64,000 nt of DNA from Ranitomeya imitator (Eukaryota): positions 182,404,001 to 182,468,000 of the forward strand of contig NC_091289.1 of NCBI RefSeq assembly GCF_032444005.1, given 5' to 3'. The position numbers were made by a program, and so were the translations under genes. Below the pieces are notes generated by a model. The model had not been told where the DNA came from and made no database searches. It saw nothing but the letters and a program-made list of their open reading frames with translations. This document shows positions 37,829-51,983 of this stretch, piece by piece; the stretch's first letter is position 1; each line of letters begins with the position of its first letter.

Positions 37829-40800
37829 TGCTAGTCAGTGTGATACTTTGTACTTTAGGACGATACGTTGGATATAGTGTTACTTCTGCAGCTGGAGGAG
37901 TAGCACCTGCTGGAATCTGTAGTTCCCCACCCTCTGCTGTCCCGTCAGGCTCCTTTTCCTCCCACCCCTGGATCCTCCAGCTGCGGAGGGTGTGGTGGGA
38001 TTAGCCTGTAGGAAGGGTGTGCCTGCCTGCTGTGTCCTCTGCCTGCCTCTGTGTGTGCAGGCCCTGCCTCACACCGTCTCCTGCTCTGAGCCCTCCCTAT
38101 AACGCTGCTGTGTGCAGGGTGAGGGTGAGTCACACAGGGGTGTGGTTACCCAGATCTCCCTCTCTTTCTCCTTCCTTCCTCCTTTCCCTCTTTCACGCTC
38201 TCTGTCAGGCTCGGGAGTGTCAGGAATCCACAACATCAGGTAAGAAACTTATTTCACTGCTGGCAAAGTTAGAAGTTACAGGGGGGCTGGTGTGACGTGA
38301 GACCCCCGTCCTGGCAGCGGGTGGTGAAGTGTCAGGGTGCCATCAGCCCCATGTGGCAGGTCGGTGGGTGACAGGCCCTTCATCCATCTGACTGGTGGGT
38401 CTGCGCAGGGTGGGGGGACGGTCGCCCACTCTCTGTGCCCACTCTCTGTGCCCACTCTCTGTGCCCACTCTCTGTGCCCACCCGCCACACTCTGGGGTCA
38501 TTGTGAAGTCTGGCACATCTGGAAGAGAGAGGGGAGAATAAAGGGGATAGGATGGGGCCGGACATCGCCAAACCGTCTGCTCACAAAGTTCACCAAGTTT
38601 TCTACCTGGGACCCCCGAACATGGTATGATGACCCCCGAATTACCGGCCTTCGCTACATAGTGCATATTTAGTATCAGTCACTATAAAGGGTTAAAAAAT
38701 AATGCCTTTAAGTGCATCCCTTTTAGGAGGGACCTGCTCATAGACCTCAGCAGTTAGCAATTATGTGGAGGCCCTGAGTTGGGGGCGACTTGTGGGCAAG
38801 GTGGAATGTCAGGCGTGGGACCACCGAGCAACCCGCGGTACCAGGGACTATGGACCCCGGCGATCTGCCTGAGCAGACATGAGTGACCCTGGATGTAGGT
38901 GAGGGGTGACGGCAGGTGACCGCCATTGTGCGAGTGATCACGAGGGGCCGGTGTAGTGGAGGGGGCTTCGTGGGATTAGGTCCTGTGGAAGATGGTGCCG
39001 GCAGCGGCCGTGATGCCTCATGTGACTGCTGTGTGCTTTCTGATGACATGAGGCATCCTGACGTGCCGTCCCGTGATGTCAGCGGAGAACACGCCCGGGC
39101 TCCTACTCCTGGCACTAATGGAGTACAGGGTCCCGTAAGGTCAGAAGTACAGAAACGTTTCCCCTCCGTTTCCTTCCTCGTCCGTCACAGAACGACAGGA
39201 AACCGTCTCACAAATTTCTCATTTTGAGATAATTATTTTTTTTTCCCGTGAAGCTTTGCCAATAAGATTCTATAATCCGCCGGTCTCCTTAAGGATTGCC
39301 AGTACCTCCCGGAAAAAGATTCTACGCCTAAAGTCACCGGCTGCTGCGGATCGCAGGGGAACCTAAGGCGTGACAATCGGATAATGACTGCAGGAATGGC
39401 TGATAACACAGAACAACAGCCTGCACCTTCCTGCCCTCGCCCGCCCCGGGCAGGTATCGTCTGCGTTCTGGGCGTCTCGTCACCTTTCCCTTGTATTACA
39501 ATTAAAAAAAAAAAAATCTGGGTGTGATCTGTTGTGATGGGTGACATATATTTTCTCAGTGACAGGTGGATAATACCAGGGCTGGGCCCGTGTGTAATGG
39601 ATGGGGGGACGCTACGGCTGCACATCTTACCCCCCCCCCCCCCCTCCCCCGGGTCCAATCAGCCAGTATCCCAAATACAGAGGCTGGGACTTGTAGTTCC
39701 ACAATGATGCAAAATGCTGTGACTTTTTGGTGTGGGGGCCCAAAGGACTAAATATTGGATGTGATTGTTGGCGGAGATTCTGCTCGGGGCCCCAGATCTT
39801 CCAGCTGCACCTGTGCCTCTCTATAGGGCGGCGCTCTGAATGCTGCAGTGTCTCGGCTGTTTTATGGCCGCTTGTGTCCGCTGAGATGCCAGGCGGTGGT
39901 GTCAGACTACAAGGGGCTACTGTTGTGTCATATTGGACTAGTCCGGATTCACACGGCGACCGCAGCACGAAACCAGTGACTGGGGGGCTGCAATGTGTCA
40001 TCTGGGGCACCATGACGAGCTGGATGTATTTTTTGTGCCTTGCTTGTCGTGGTGCCCCAGATGACTCATTTCGGCCCCCCATTCACTGGTGTAGTAGCTG
40101 CACATATTGATCTTTGGCCGTGTAGCCCCCTTAAGAAATTTTGCTCCAAGTTGCCACCAATACTTTGCTTTTGCAGCAAAATGAACCAGAACTTGGAGTC
40201 AATTCTTATCTTGGACCCTTATGGTAAATCCACAGGACGTGGGAGTGGGACGTACATCTATCACCATAACAAGTCATTTATACCCCCCCCAATCTCATGG
40301 TCCAGGGTCTCACATCACCCAGCGAAGTGTGAGATGGGAAAACGCTTTAAGGCTCCATTCACACCTGGCAGATTAGTTGCAGCGGTGTCTGCCCTTTTCT
40401 GATCATTCAGGATGGGACATGTTTAACGCCACATGCTCATCCCTGAAATAATCCCATTTACAGAAGTGATTGCTACGAGTCTGCTTCATGTGAATCTTCC
40501 ATAATAGCGTTTGTGGTATATTTTTGTTCATCCATGGCCTCCTATGATTTGTCCCCAATAAAATGGCCAATCGCAGACTGGTTTGCATTAATAGGGAATC
40601 TGTCACCAGGTTTTTACTACCCCATCTGAGAGCAGCATGATGTTGGGGCAGAGACCCTGATTCCAGCGATGTGTTGATGTCGTTTTGATAAAATCCCTGT
40701 TTTCTCTGCAGCAGTTCTCTAAAGGCAGAGCTGTTTATAATCCTGTCCGCACCACTGATTGGCTACTGTCTGTGTACACTGTGCATAGGCAGATTCCTGC

Positions 40801-43569
40801 CAATCAGTGAGGTTCTACAGAGCTGATGAATATGGAGGACTACATGGCAGCAGGTTTACTACTCCTTAGTGATTTCCTGGGTGATAAAACAGTGATTTCA
40901 GCAACTAGCCTAGGAAATGACACATTGCTGGAATCAGGGTCTCTGCCCTGCAATTATGCTGCTATGAGTTTAGGTTGCAGAAATCCATGGGAGCAAAATA
41001 GTGTGTGATCTGTGAGGTGTAACCGAAATTACAGCAGTGGATGTTTTGTGCAATGGGTGCAGTAGGTCACAGGCGGCAATGGACCCCCATTCAGTCATGG
41101 TGAGCGTTCGGGGTCACATGAAGCTTCTGTCTGGTCTTGGGCTTCATTGGGTCAAGAATCGAATAGTTCCAATCTGGTGAGGATGTTTCTAGAAGCTGCA
41201 ATTCTCCAGCGATTTCCATAGTGACCTTGTGGTTAGCTATTGTGAAACCACAAGTCCCAGCATGCCTGGTCTGACAGCCCGTCCAGTATGATAGTGACTG
41301 TTTGGTAACCGCTCGTTTCCTGTCGCTCACCCCGGGGGCAATGACCCCAGCCCTCTAACACAAGCCTGCAAAGTGTTTCCATAGGTGATGCCGCCTCTCC
41401 CAGATGTAGCAGAGCTGAGATTGTTCGTTGCACTTGTCTGTCTCTGTTAGATTCGCACATAAAGCTTATAGGGAAGTAATTTGGGGAAACAAATCGATGC
41501 TTTATTTTCATAGTGCGATATCTCCACCCCACCCCCCGCTATAATAATGAAGATATATATATATTTATATTCAGAGAGGGGAAGACCCCCCAGCAGCAGC
41601 CGTGGGCCCCCTCCACAGTAAGCTGAACACTAGAAGACCCCGCACAGTTACAGAAGAATTAAAACCACGGTGCATGATCCCTTTATGGCAGCCTCTGCAA
41701 TATCCCATGGACTGGAAGCCCCCCCATGCTCCAGGACAAGCTCGGCTCTGCTGCATCCATCTGTAATAGTCCACATTGGAGTGTTAGTCATAGTCTGTAG
41801 GGTTTCCCATATATGTCTGTATGGCAGTGTATAGGGTCACGCTGTGTCTCCCATGTTCTCCAATTCTTACAGTAGCGCCAGTGGGTCGTATATGATTTAG
41901 GTCCCGGGCGATGGGGGGGGGTGCGGCCACTTCTGGGGTCATCAGTATATTCAGGGTCCATAATGGTACGCAGATGAAAACCGGCCAAGGTGGCCCTATT
42001 GTCTGGAGTCCATGGGACTTAACAAAGTGACCTTGCTGCTCGGGGAGAGTGTCTCAGTAAGGTGGGGACTCTGTGCACAGGACGGCGGGGGGCACGGGAC
42101 CCTGCTGTGTATGTGCCTTTGACATCAAGGGAAAATGGCTAATTTGTGTGCGAAAACTGTGCATTGATTATATTTGTCCCAAATCTGGGGCTCTGAAACT
42201 GCGGACTGCAGGAAGCTTGTAGTATAATGTCCCCACGGTGTCGGAGCTGCAGCTCTGGGGGGCTATTTTTTTTTTTTTTTCCATATGGCTGATTATCTGC
42301 GCTGCTCTTTTTTATGTCTTTACTGCAGCCATTTCCTGCACGATAAAAATGGGAAAAAATTAGATAAAAATAATCTGCAGATAACGCCGGCTGCCGCCTG
42401 TTTTGTTCACCTGCGCGGCTTCCGATTATTGCAGCCGAGCACTTTGTTCCTTCCTGGGGGTCCGTACGTAACACACGTTTCTACTCTGCACACAATTCAT
42501 TATTTTTTTATTTTTTTTCTTAGTTTTCAAGGTTTTTTTTCTGGAGTCTAATGGACAATAAAAACCCTGGCAAAAAAAAAAACACACAAACCAGCGCTGC
42601 ATATATAGACTTTATAATAAAGTAACGTCAGGCCACAACTCTTTCCAACAGCAAAATAAAAATCCTTTGTAAAGCTGCATGTGAATCCAGCCCTAACGCA
42701 TATCAACCAACTTTTCCAGACCTCTGAACGGCGATTCTGTTTAATTCTGCATACAACATATAGTCTATGCTGAGATTCAGGAGCAGACGTCAGGATTTCA
42801 GGATGAAAGGGTTAATAACGCAGCAGCTTTTGTGTATGTGCGCCGGTTCTGCCTGGAATAACCAGAGCATCATCTTGTGCTGGGGGCGGAGCCTTGGATG
42901 CTGCGCTCCTTGGGGGCGGAGCTTAATCTAACTGACGCTGCATGGCCACAGCAGCAGTTTGTCTCATTGTACAGACCACTGCTGTAAGAGGCTCCCGCTG
43001 CTCGGAGGGTCCTTGGGCATCATTTGGCACATAATAGTAGGATTTCTGGTGGGCGTAATAGATGTCGTCATATTATATTGTTCTATCCCTGTACTGAAAA
43101 AACAAAGGTGACAGTTTCCTTATGATGGACTCAGTATTTGATTGTGTGGTCAGCGGGGGTCCAGATCTCAATGAACGGGAGCAGCTGCTTTGTCAGGGGT
43201 TGGACCCTCGCTCATTTCATATTTAGTGGGTGTATGACCACCTGGAGTTCCTGCTCCCCCTGTGTGCACGGAGCAGTAGTGCGCAGGCCTGACCGTTACT
43301 CTCTTTGTGGGTCCCAGTGGTTCATCCCCCAGTGGGCGGACAATCCCTTTAAGTTTGGGTGGTCCTAATAACTGCACTTACCAGATAACCTGTCGTTTTG
43401 TTGTAAAATTTGTAAGAAAATGCTGTAACCCTGAGAGGGGACATTAGATGTAGCAACATAACATGGTGTCCGGGTGAGGGAGGGGAGACTTATTCCTACG
43501 GTATATTATATTGGCCCCCTTAGTTTTGGGCCTTTCATGGCTCCTTAGTCCGGAGCCTATACTGGCAGA

Positions 43570-44226
43570 TATTATTTATTATTATTATTATTAATTTACT
43601 ATTACATCACTATTTCCATGGTGCTGTACATGAGAAATGGGTTACATACAGGGTTATAGATATCATTTACAGTAAACGAATTTACAATGACAGACTGGTA
43701 CAGAGGGGAGAGGACCCTGTCCTTGCGGACTTACATTCTACGGGATAAAGGGGAAGAGACAGAAGGTCGGGGGTGCGGCAGCTCTGGTGGCGGTGAGGCG
43801 GCAGCTCTGGTGGCGGTGAGGCGGCAGCTCTGGTGGCGGTGAGGCGGCAGCTCTGGTGGCGGTGAGGCGGCAGCTCTGGTGGCGGTGAGGCGGCAGCTCT
43901 GGTGGCGGTGAGGCGGCGGCTCTGGCGATGGCGAGGCGGCAGAATGGTTATTGCAGGCTGTAGGTTTTCCTGAAGAGATGAGTTTTCAGGTTCCGTCTGA
44001 AGGAGCCGAGGGTGGTCGATAGTCAAATGTGTTGAGGCATGGAATTCCAGGGGATGGGGGATATTTGGGAGAAATCTTGGAGGCAGTTGTGTGAAGAACT
44101 AGTAAGTGTGGAGGAGAGTAGGAGGTCTTGGGAGGATCGGAGATTACGTGAGGGAAGATATTGGGAGATTAGTTCAGAGATATAGGGAGGGGACAGGTTG
44201 TGGATGGCTTTGTAGATCAGTGTTAC
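43570..44226 (-). mobile_element. L2-clade LINE 3' fragment
   Basis: Minus strand reads TLIYKAIHNLSPPYISELIS...LQDFSQISPIPWNSMP...FRRNLKTHLFRKTY* (L2 ORF2 C-terminus), then a 3' UTR with a 24-bp tandem repeat and an (AAT)n tail. Confidence 0.85.
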
Positions 44227-44969
44227 GGTACCGTTACACTAAACGATATCGCTAGCGATCCGTGACGTTGCAGCGTCCTGGCTAGCGATATCGTTCAGTT
44301 TGACACACAGCAGCGATCAGAATCCTGCTGTGATGTCGTTGGTCGCTGCAGAAAGTCCAACACTTTATTTCGTCGCTGGACTTCCTGCTGACATCGCTGA
44401 ATCGGCGTGTGTGACGCCGATTCAGTGATGTCTTCGCTGGTAACCAGGGTAAACATCAGGTTACTAAGCGCAGGGCCGCGCTTAGTAACCCGATGTTTAC
44501 CCTGGTTACCAGCGTAAAAGTAAAAAAAAAACAAACACTACATACTTACCTTCCGCTGTCTGTCCCTCGGCGCTCTGCTTCTCTGCCCTGTGTAAGCACA
44601 GCGGCCGGAAAGCACAGCAGTGACGTCAGCGCTGTGCTCTGCTTTACGGCCGGCGCTGACAGTCAGTGCGGGAAGCTGACGGCGGGGGACGTGACAGACA
44701 TCGGAATGTGAGTATGTTGTGTTTTTTTACTTTTACAATGGTAACCAGGGTAAATATCGGGTTACTAAGCGCGGCACTTAGTAACCCGATGTTTACCCTG
44801 GTTACCCGGGGACTTCGGCATCGTTGAAGTCGTTCCCCTGATCGTTGGTCGCTGGAGAGAGCGGTCTTTGTGACAGCTCCCCAGCGACCACACAACGACT
44901 TACCAACGATCACGGCCAGGTCGTATCTCTGGTCATGAACGTTGGTAAGTCGTTTAGTGTAACGGTACC
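44227..44969. mobile_element. Long palindromic MITE (Harbinger-like)
   Basis: 20-bp perfect TIRs GGTACCGTTACACTAAACGA / TCGTTTAGTGTAACGGTACC and internal inverted arms. Confidence 0.8.
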
Positions 44970-44974
44970 TTAAG

Positions 44975-45178
44975 TTTTCATCGCCTCAGCAGCATGATTT
45001 ACAGCTATTAGCCAACTTGATTAGATGTGGGGATTCCCTAGCAACCAGGCAACCCCCACATGTACTCAGGCTGGCTAGTAGCTGTAAATCATTCAGCTGC
45101 GGAGATGAAAACTAAATCTCCGAACACTAACAAATACTCGGAGGTCACCCGAGCAACGATTACACTCGCTCATCACTA
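44975..45178. mobile_element. Truncated MITE, same family as 31895-32060
   Basis: Shared central hairpin and CGCTCATCACTA terminus. Confidence 0.65.
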
Positions 45179-46402
45179 GTTATTAGGGAAGGGCAGAGGT
45201 CTGGTATATGGAGTGGTTGGGGTGGTGGAACAGTAAAGGTTTGCCTTGTTTGGTCAATATAAAGGGGTTGGCTTAAAATAGTAAGTTATTGATCCACCGG
45301 ATTGGTAATAACTTGGGAGCACATTATTTGGACACTCGCCGATCCTGAGACCAAGGAATGGAGCAATGGCCGCTCCTTGTATTATCTATAGGGCTGCCGG
45401 ATGTGGCTGTGCTCTGTAGTCTCTCTCCGGCAATCCCATAGGCAATGAATGGAGCATTAGTGTGCGCTCAGCAGTGGGACCCCCGGCAAGTTATTGTCTT
45501 TCATGGCTAACGCTTACAATATCGGTGGCCGCATGGAGGTGACTGATCATGAGTCATATAAAACATACACTGGTATGGTGAGAGTATAATGCAGAATGCA
45601 ATGATGGATTATTTCATAACTTTTCCTTTAATAATTTAAAATAAACCACCTGGTGCAGTTCGTGTACTAGTCGTCCCAAACACGATCTTATATCATAGGG
45701 TGCAATGACGTCTGACTGTGGGATCTACAGATGTACGAAAAAAAGGTTGCACTCTATCATGCTAAAGCATGTCAATGTGGAATATGTGAAATTTGAATAG
45801 CAATATGGCTTTGGAGTATTAGGAAAAAATATAAGACACTTGTCATAAAATTTGGCCAAATATTATGCTAAATGTCTCATATTTTTTGCTAATATTCCAA
45901 AGCCATATTGCTATTCAGATTTCACATATTCCACATTGACATGCTTTAGCATGATAGAGTGCAGCCATTTTTTGCATATTGTATATGGAGGTCGCTCTTC
46001 GTGGTATGCGCCTATTCACACTAGTCTGGATGTGCCAGTCAGGTTTTTGCCTTTTGGATCTACAGATGTAGCAGAGCTGACTCTGCCATTCTCATGTGTT
46101 CTCCCAATGAGTGACAATCTCGGCTCTGCTGCATTATGAAGTTCAGTAATTGTCAAGATGAGATCCCAATTGGTAAAATCACATAATATCCAACATTGAA
46201 GAACATTTTGCCATCTGCGCTTTTCAGCCCTTATGGCCATTTTATGTGGGCTGATTGTCCAAATGAGTGCGTAACCTGAAGTTTCTGGGGCCCAATGAAA
46301 ACCTGTATTGGGGTCCCAACCTACCATGCCATTTGCAATACTGATATCTCGTTGGCATCCTTTGGGCTCCTAACTATTGTGGGAGCTGTCTCTGTGCGAC
46401 GT

Positions 46403-47234
46403 CCCTACTTGCGTCCCCTCCTATAGCCGCTCCCTGCTTGCGTCCCCCCCCTATAGCTTCTCCCTGCCTGCGTGTCCCCCCTATAGCTGCTCCCTGCTTG
46501 CGTCCCCCCCCCCCTATAGCTGCTCCCTGCCTGCGTTCTCCCCCCCCCCCCTATAGCTGCTCCCTGCCTGCGTTCCCCCCCCCCATAGCTGCTCCCTGCC
46601 TGCGTGTCCCCCCTATAGCTGCTCCCTGCTTGCGTCCCCCCCCCCTATAGCTGCTCCCTGCCTGCGTTCTCCCCCCCCTATAGCTGCTCCCTGCCTGCGT
46701 TCCCCCCCCCTATAGCTGCTCCCTGCCTGCGTCCCCCCCCCCCATAGCTGCTCCCTGCCTGCTTTCCCTTCCCCCCCCCCTATAGCTGCTCCCTGCCTGC
46801 GTCCCCCCCCCCATAGCTGCTCCCTGCCTGCGTCCCCCCCCCCTATAGCTGCTCCCTGCCTGCTTTCCCTTCCCCCCCCCCTATAGCTGCTCCCTGCTTG
46901 CGTCCCCCCCCTATAGCTGCTCCCTGCCTGCGTCCCCCCCCTATAGCTGCTCCCTGCCTGCGTCCCCCCCTATAGCTGCTCCCTGCCTGCGTCCCCCCCT
47001 ATAGCTGCTCCCTGCCTGCGTCCCCCCCCTATAGCTGCTCCCTGCCTGCGTCCCCCCCTATAGCTGCTCCCTGCCTGCGTCCCCCCTATAGCTGCTCCCT
47101 GCCTGCGTCCCCCCCCTATTGCTGCTCCCTGCCTTGCGTCCCCCCCCCCTATTGCTGCTCCCTGCCTGCGTCCCCCCCCCCCATTGCTGCTCCCTGCCTG
47201 CTATCCCCCCCCCCCCAATAGCTGCACCCCTGCC
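46403..47234. repeat. C-rich minisatellite, about 30-bp unit CTATAGCTGCTCCCTGCCTGCGT(C)n
   Basis: Tandem copies with variable C-runs. Confidence 0.95.
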
Positions 47235-48864
47235 ATCATTTCATAAATTACTATGAGATCATTGTGAAATCTGTTCTCTGCTGATGACCGAGCAAACTCT
47301 GCGACCTGCAGACGTCATTTGTAGCTAGAAAGTATCTAGAATGTGTGCTAAAGGGCAGCAGCGTCCGGGACAGCCGGGTACAGCACTTCCAGGTACAGGT
47401 GACTTCCTGGTCTCACCCCGCTCGTGTCATAGTCCCGGCTGTGCAGGGTGGAGAGAAGAGACATCCCCTCCAGCCCTGGGACGGCGTGGGACACCGGCCT
47501 GCACAGACAAGTTCAGATATCAGGTCTGGTGTCGAATGTGAATATCTAAGGCTGATAATTACATTGAGAGTGGAAACCTCCCCGACTTGTTTCTCCCTCC
47601 TCCCAGTTATTAGGGGGAATTTCCCGAAATGCAGCAATCGACAATATTATGGAATTGTATATCGAGCAATTTCCTAATGTTCCACTGCCCCTCTGGATAT
47701 TCCAGGGACCCTTCACTCTGTGCTAGAGGAACTATTCCCTTTAGACCGGGATCAGACGTGGATTTTCATATACAAGATCCTCAGCATTTTACAGCATGGA
47801 TGAGCCTCCTCGTGCTGCATTTTGCTTTTTTTTTTTTTGTGTAGATTCTATTGCACTTTAAAAAAAAAAAAATCCGCACCTCAAAGGAATGTTGCGGAAA
47901 TGTTTTTTTGGGTTTTTTTCGGTGCAGATTTTTCCTATTCAGTTAATTGAGTATAAATTCTCAGGATAAAACGAGCTTTAATTTTTAATGTATTTTTTGC
48001 AACAAAAAAAATTCAAAGAGAACAAGTGCGGAACATAAATTTTAGTTTAGAAATCGGCTTGTAAAATCTGCACCAAATGCGCAGCATGTGAGCGCATCCT
48101 TAAAGGGTTTCTCCTTTTATTCCACATCGGGAGCTGAGCTGATGACAGGACGCATGATTCCTGCCACATGTCCTGACAGACGCCGATGGACTCATCATCA
48201 TCATCATCAGCCTCGCCTCCAGTGTGGAAGTGATCGGCAAAGGAGAAACCCCTTAAGGATAAGTTCAGACGTGGTGATTTTGCTGTGGTTTTGCCGTTGC
48301 TGTGCACGGTGCAGATTCCACTGCTGCATTTTACCAAGACTTTGTGCAAGCCCTGACCTGTGAGAAGTGTTCGGCCATGAAAGGTCTCCCTGACTGACAG
48401 CAAGCAGAGATCTTTAAAAACCGGTGAGGACTTCACCCACGAGTATATGATGGCTGCAGAACTTCTCGTATGATCGCGCTCAGCCGTCCATACAGGCCGG
48501 TGTCATCCCATATCCTGTTCCTCAGCGGCACTGTGTCCTCGGGTGACCCCGGCCTTGTCTCTGTTCATTTGGGATGATTGGCGTCCCCTGGCTCGTGAGT
48601 CTCTGCGGTGTCTCATCCATGCGACGGCTGCTTGTCACAGATCGGGGAACGTTCACATCACCTCACCTCTCACTTACTCGCACATGAGGAGACCAAGATA
48701 CTTAGAAGCAATTGCGGCCATAAGGGCGCCCTGTGTATGGCTGGTAATTTGGGGTGCTTCTGATGTTGCAAGTTACCAGGGGTGTATTGCCACTCATAAT
48801 GAATTTTTCAGTTCCTGAACGAGTATCAAAAGTGCCCATAAATGGGCAAGGTTCTCATGGGCAC

Positions 48865-49093
48865 GTGGGTGGAGGTTGCGCGCCGTCCCTCTGCCTCCCC
48901 AGCGTGGGTGGAGGTTGCGCGCCGTCCCTCTGCCTCCCCAGCGTGGGTGGAGGTTGCACGCCGTCCCTCTGCCTCCCCAGCGTGGGTGGAGGTTGCGCGC
49001 CGTCCCTCTGCCTCCCCAGTGTGGGTGGAGGTTGCGCGCCGTCCCTCTGCCTCCCCAGCGTGGGTGGAGGTTGCGCGCCGTCCCTCTGCCTCC
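48865..49093. repeat. 39-bp tandem repeat, about 6 copies
   Basis: GTGGGTGGAGGTTGCGCGCCGTCCCTCTGCCTCCCCAGC. Confidence 0.95.
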
Positions 49094-49985
49094 TCTGGAG
49101 TAGCAGAGCTGCAGTGTAAAGAATGGGGGTGCAATAAATTAATAGCCATCCTCGCATACAAGTTGAAACCTTCTTTCAAACCTAGTTTCTTAGCCTCAAC
49201 TACGAGGCTGTGTAATTTTTGTAGACGTTGGAGGAACGCAGAAAGCTGGATGAAATCCAGAACGGAGGTGCCCAGAGGTGTTCGTATCTTTTTTTGGCTG
49301 ACACATCTTATTTCTCATGCATCAACAATACTCTACAGAGGCATTAAAGGGACTTACTTACTTTTCATCTACTTTTTTGGCTTTGTTAATGACTAATTTG
49401 GCCACGTGTGTCATATTGAGTGATGTCACCACAACCGGGAAATGTCATTAATTGTTTCGGAAGCCCAAACACCGGCTAGTCTGCCTCAAGGGAGAATGCA
49501 GGGGCTCGAATCTGTTGTCCGTCCCTTACCTCTAATTATTTGTGATTATGGACGATTGACAGACGGTTGCTGGATGATCGGCCATCAAGTCTCTAATGAC
49601 CGTGGGTCCAGGTGTTCCTCCAGAATGTTCGGTCTTTCTTTTCCATTTTCAGAGACCCCCTTTAACATAAAGTTTAATGACCGTCTTTAGGATGAATTCA
49701 AACGATGCGTTTATAAATGCTGCAGATGGGGTGAGAAACAAGGGCAAGGATCTTCGAGGGTAGGAGGACCCCTCTTTTAATATGGTCTCGCGACCCTCCT
49801 AGATGAGGGAAGCGACGATTCTAGGGGCGTTGTGATGACTTCATTAGGTTGGAAGTGAAAGCTACATTTTGCTCGTCTGAACATTTTGTCATCGCCCTGA
49901 TATAATTTTATTTTTTCCTCTGCTTTGAACCACTAAAAAAAACTAGTTTTGATGTTGTCTTCTCAGGTTGTGAATAGCCGTGAAG

Positions 49986-50040
49986 ATGGAGGTTCTCTCG
50001 GAATGGGGGCAGCGCTATCAAGAATTCATGAAGGGAGCAG
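49986..50040 (+). CDS. ELOVL1: ELOVL1 coding exon 1 (acceptor at 49965-49966, 19-nt UTR)
   Basis: tctcag|GTTG...GAAG ATG GAG...GCA G|gtacgc; MEVLSEWGQRYQEFMKGA(D). Confidence 0.88.
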
Positions 50041-50608
50041 GTACGCCACGCAACGCGCCACGATGAGGCCTTAAGGGTCTTAGTATCGGAAAGCTGGACC
50101 AGTATGGCCACCATTATACCTCCTGAATGGCAGGTCAGTCTAGTCATGCAGCGTACACTATCGCCCTTCTTGCTGCATATCTACACCCAGCTTTTTTTGG
50201 ATCCCGATCAGCCAATTTTTGGATTTTACCAGAACCGTCCTGAAAACCTTTTTCACCTAGTCTGCTCTCGGTTACTATCTTGAAGTGCTGTGTGCAGAGG
50301 AGATGCAAATCCCATGGAGCAATGTGGATACAGAATTATACAAATGATGGGATCTTGGCACCGATCAGCAGTCCGCTCGGCTGAGTCTGACCCCAGATCG
50401 TCAGCGAAACGCGTGGGTTATAACGATAATCCTCCCTGCATCTCTAATTATGGCTCTTCTCGTAGCGCACCATAGATGTCAGGAGAGCCAGTAATTAGCT
50501 CTTCCACATGGTCTTAATATATTCCCGTGTTGCTGCACCGCAGTTCAGTGCTTTATTCTGCAATTTAACCCTTCATGCATAATCCGTAATCGTCTTGTCT
50601 TTCCTCAG

Positions 50609-50799
50609 ACCCCAGAATAGGACATTACCCCCTCATGCACTCCCCGTTCCTGCCTGGGGCCATCCTTCTGGGCTACGTCTACTTCGTCCTGTCTCTAGGG
50701 CCTAGATTAATGGCCAATCGGAAACCCTTCGACCTCAAGCCGTTGATGGTGGTCTATAATTTCAGTCTGGTCGCCCTGTCTGCTTACATTGTATACGAG
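50609..50799 (+). CDS. ELOVL1: ELOVL1 coding exon 2
   Basis: cctcag|AC CCC AGA...GAG|gtgagt; [13 protein letters not shown]...[15 protein letters not shown]. Confidence 0.97.
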
Positions 50800-51225
50800 G
50801 TGAGTTGGGAGTGGAGGTCGTGACGATCTGGGTCGGCCTTGGAAAAATTCTCTATTTTTCTTGTAGAGTGTCCTTCTGCTTGCTGTTAGTGAATAGACAT
50901 TCAGGACTGTAGTAAATTGTTTTCCAGGATTGCGAACCCTCGCCCATGGCTTTTTGGGTATCTGCAGTATTCCACTCACTAACAGCGAGCAGCGGGATGG
51001 AGAGAACTGTAAAACTTGCAGAAGCCGCCAATGTATAAAGATTAAACCCTGGGTTTGGTCCTCCGTGGCGGAGATTAGATCTCTCCACCAGGAAAATGAT
51101 AACTTATTACAGAGAATGTGACACAATGCCGACCTCGTCATTATTAAGATAAAATTTACAGCGGCCATAAAGCGATAAGTGAAACGGTCCTTTGCATTCA
51201 TACGTCTGCTGTCTCTTTGGCGCAG

Positions 51226-51306
51226 TTCCTTATGTCGGGCTGGTTGACCGGATACACCTGGCGTTGTGACCCCGTGGACACCTCTGATTCACCAATGGCT
51301 CTAAGG
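51226..51306 (+). CDS. ELOVL1: ELOVL1 coding exon 3
   Basis: cgcag|TTC...AGG|gtgagt; [27 protein letters not shown]. Confidence 0.97.
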
Positions 51307-51983
51307 GTGAGTGCTTCGTGTGTGTGCGCTGCCCGGCACAGTGCTAGTTATTGATCATCTGCGGGTGAGAACTTCAGAAAATCCATAGTCATGCAGTTTA
51401 CCCTAATTACGCCCTCACCCTCCTCCGGAGACTGTACCACCTGCCGCCACCTGCTGAACTTTGCACTATAAACACAGGGAGATGTTTGCCCTTATCGCCC
51501 TTTATCTCCAACCATGGTAACTGTACCAGGACACCCCACGCCCGGTCTCTGAAGCAGCCATAAATCGCACACTGTAAACAATGAGGGACAATTTCTGTGC
51601 AAAAGTTGATATTGATTTTCAGCATTTCTTTGGTCTAAGCTGTGTGATGTCAGCCATTTGGTGTCGCTACATCTCCCCCAATGTCTTCATCAACATCTCG
51701 AGGATGATCACAGAGCTCTCCTAAAGGGCGCGTGACATTGTTGGTTATAGTAGCCTAAATCATCACCTTCCGGCTGCCATGTTTTATGAAAGATGCTGCT
51801 GGTACGGACTGATATCGCATCCACTTGGAGAAGCATCTTTTTTTTTTTTTTTTCTTCTAGACTGGGAAAAATTGCACACAAGAGGCCAAGTAGAAAATGT
51901 AAAAATAAAAATGTCATCTGAATCTTAGATCAATTTCATAAGTGGGGTAAGAATAGACCATAATCTTTCCTACAGCTACTCCG

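Noticed and set aside
50380-50420. Hairpin followed by GAAACGCGT, resembling a hammerhead 3' half
   Set aside because: No CTGANGA core upstream and no stem I.
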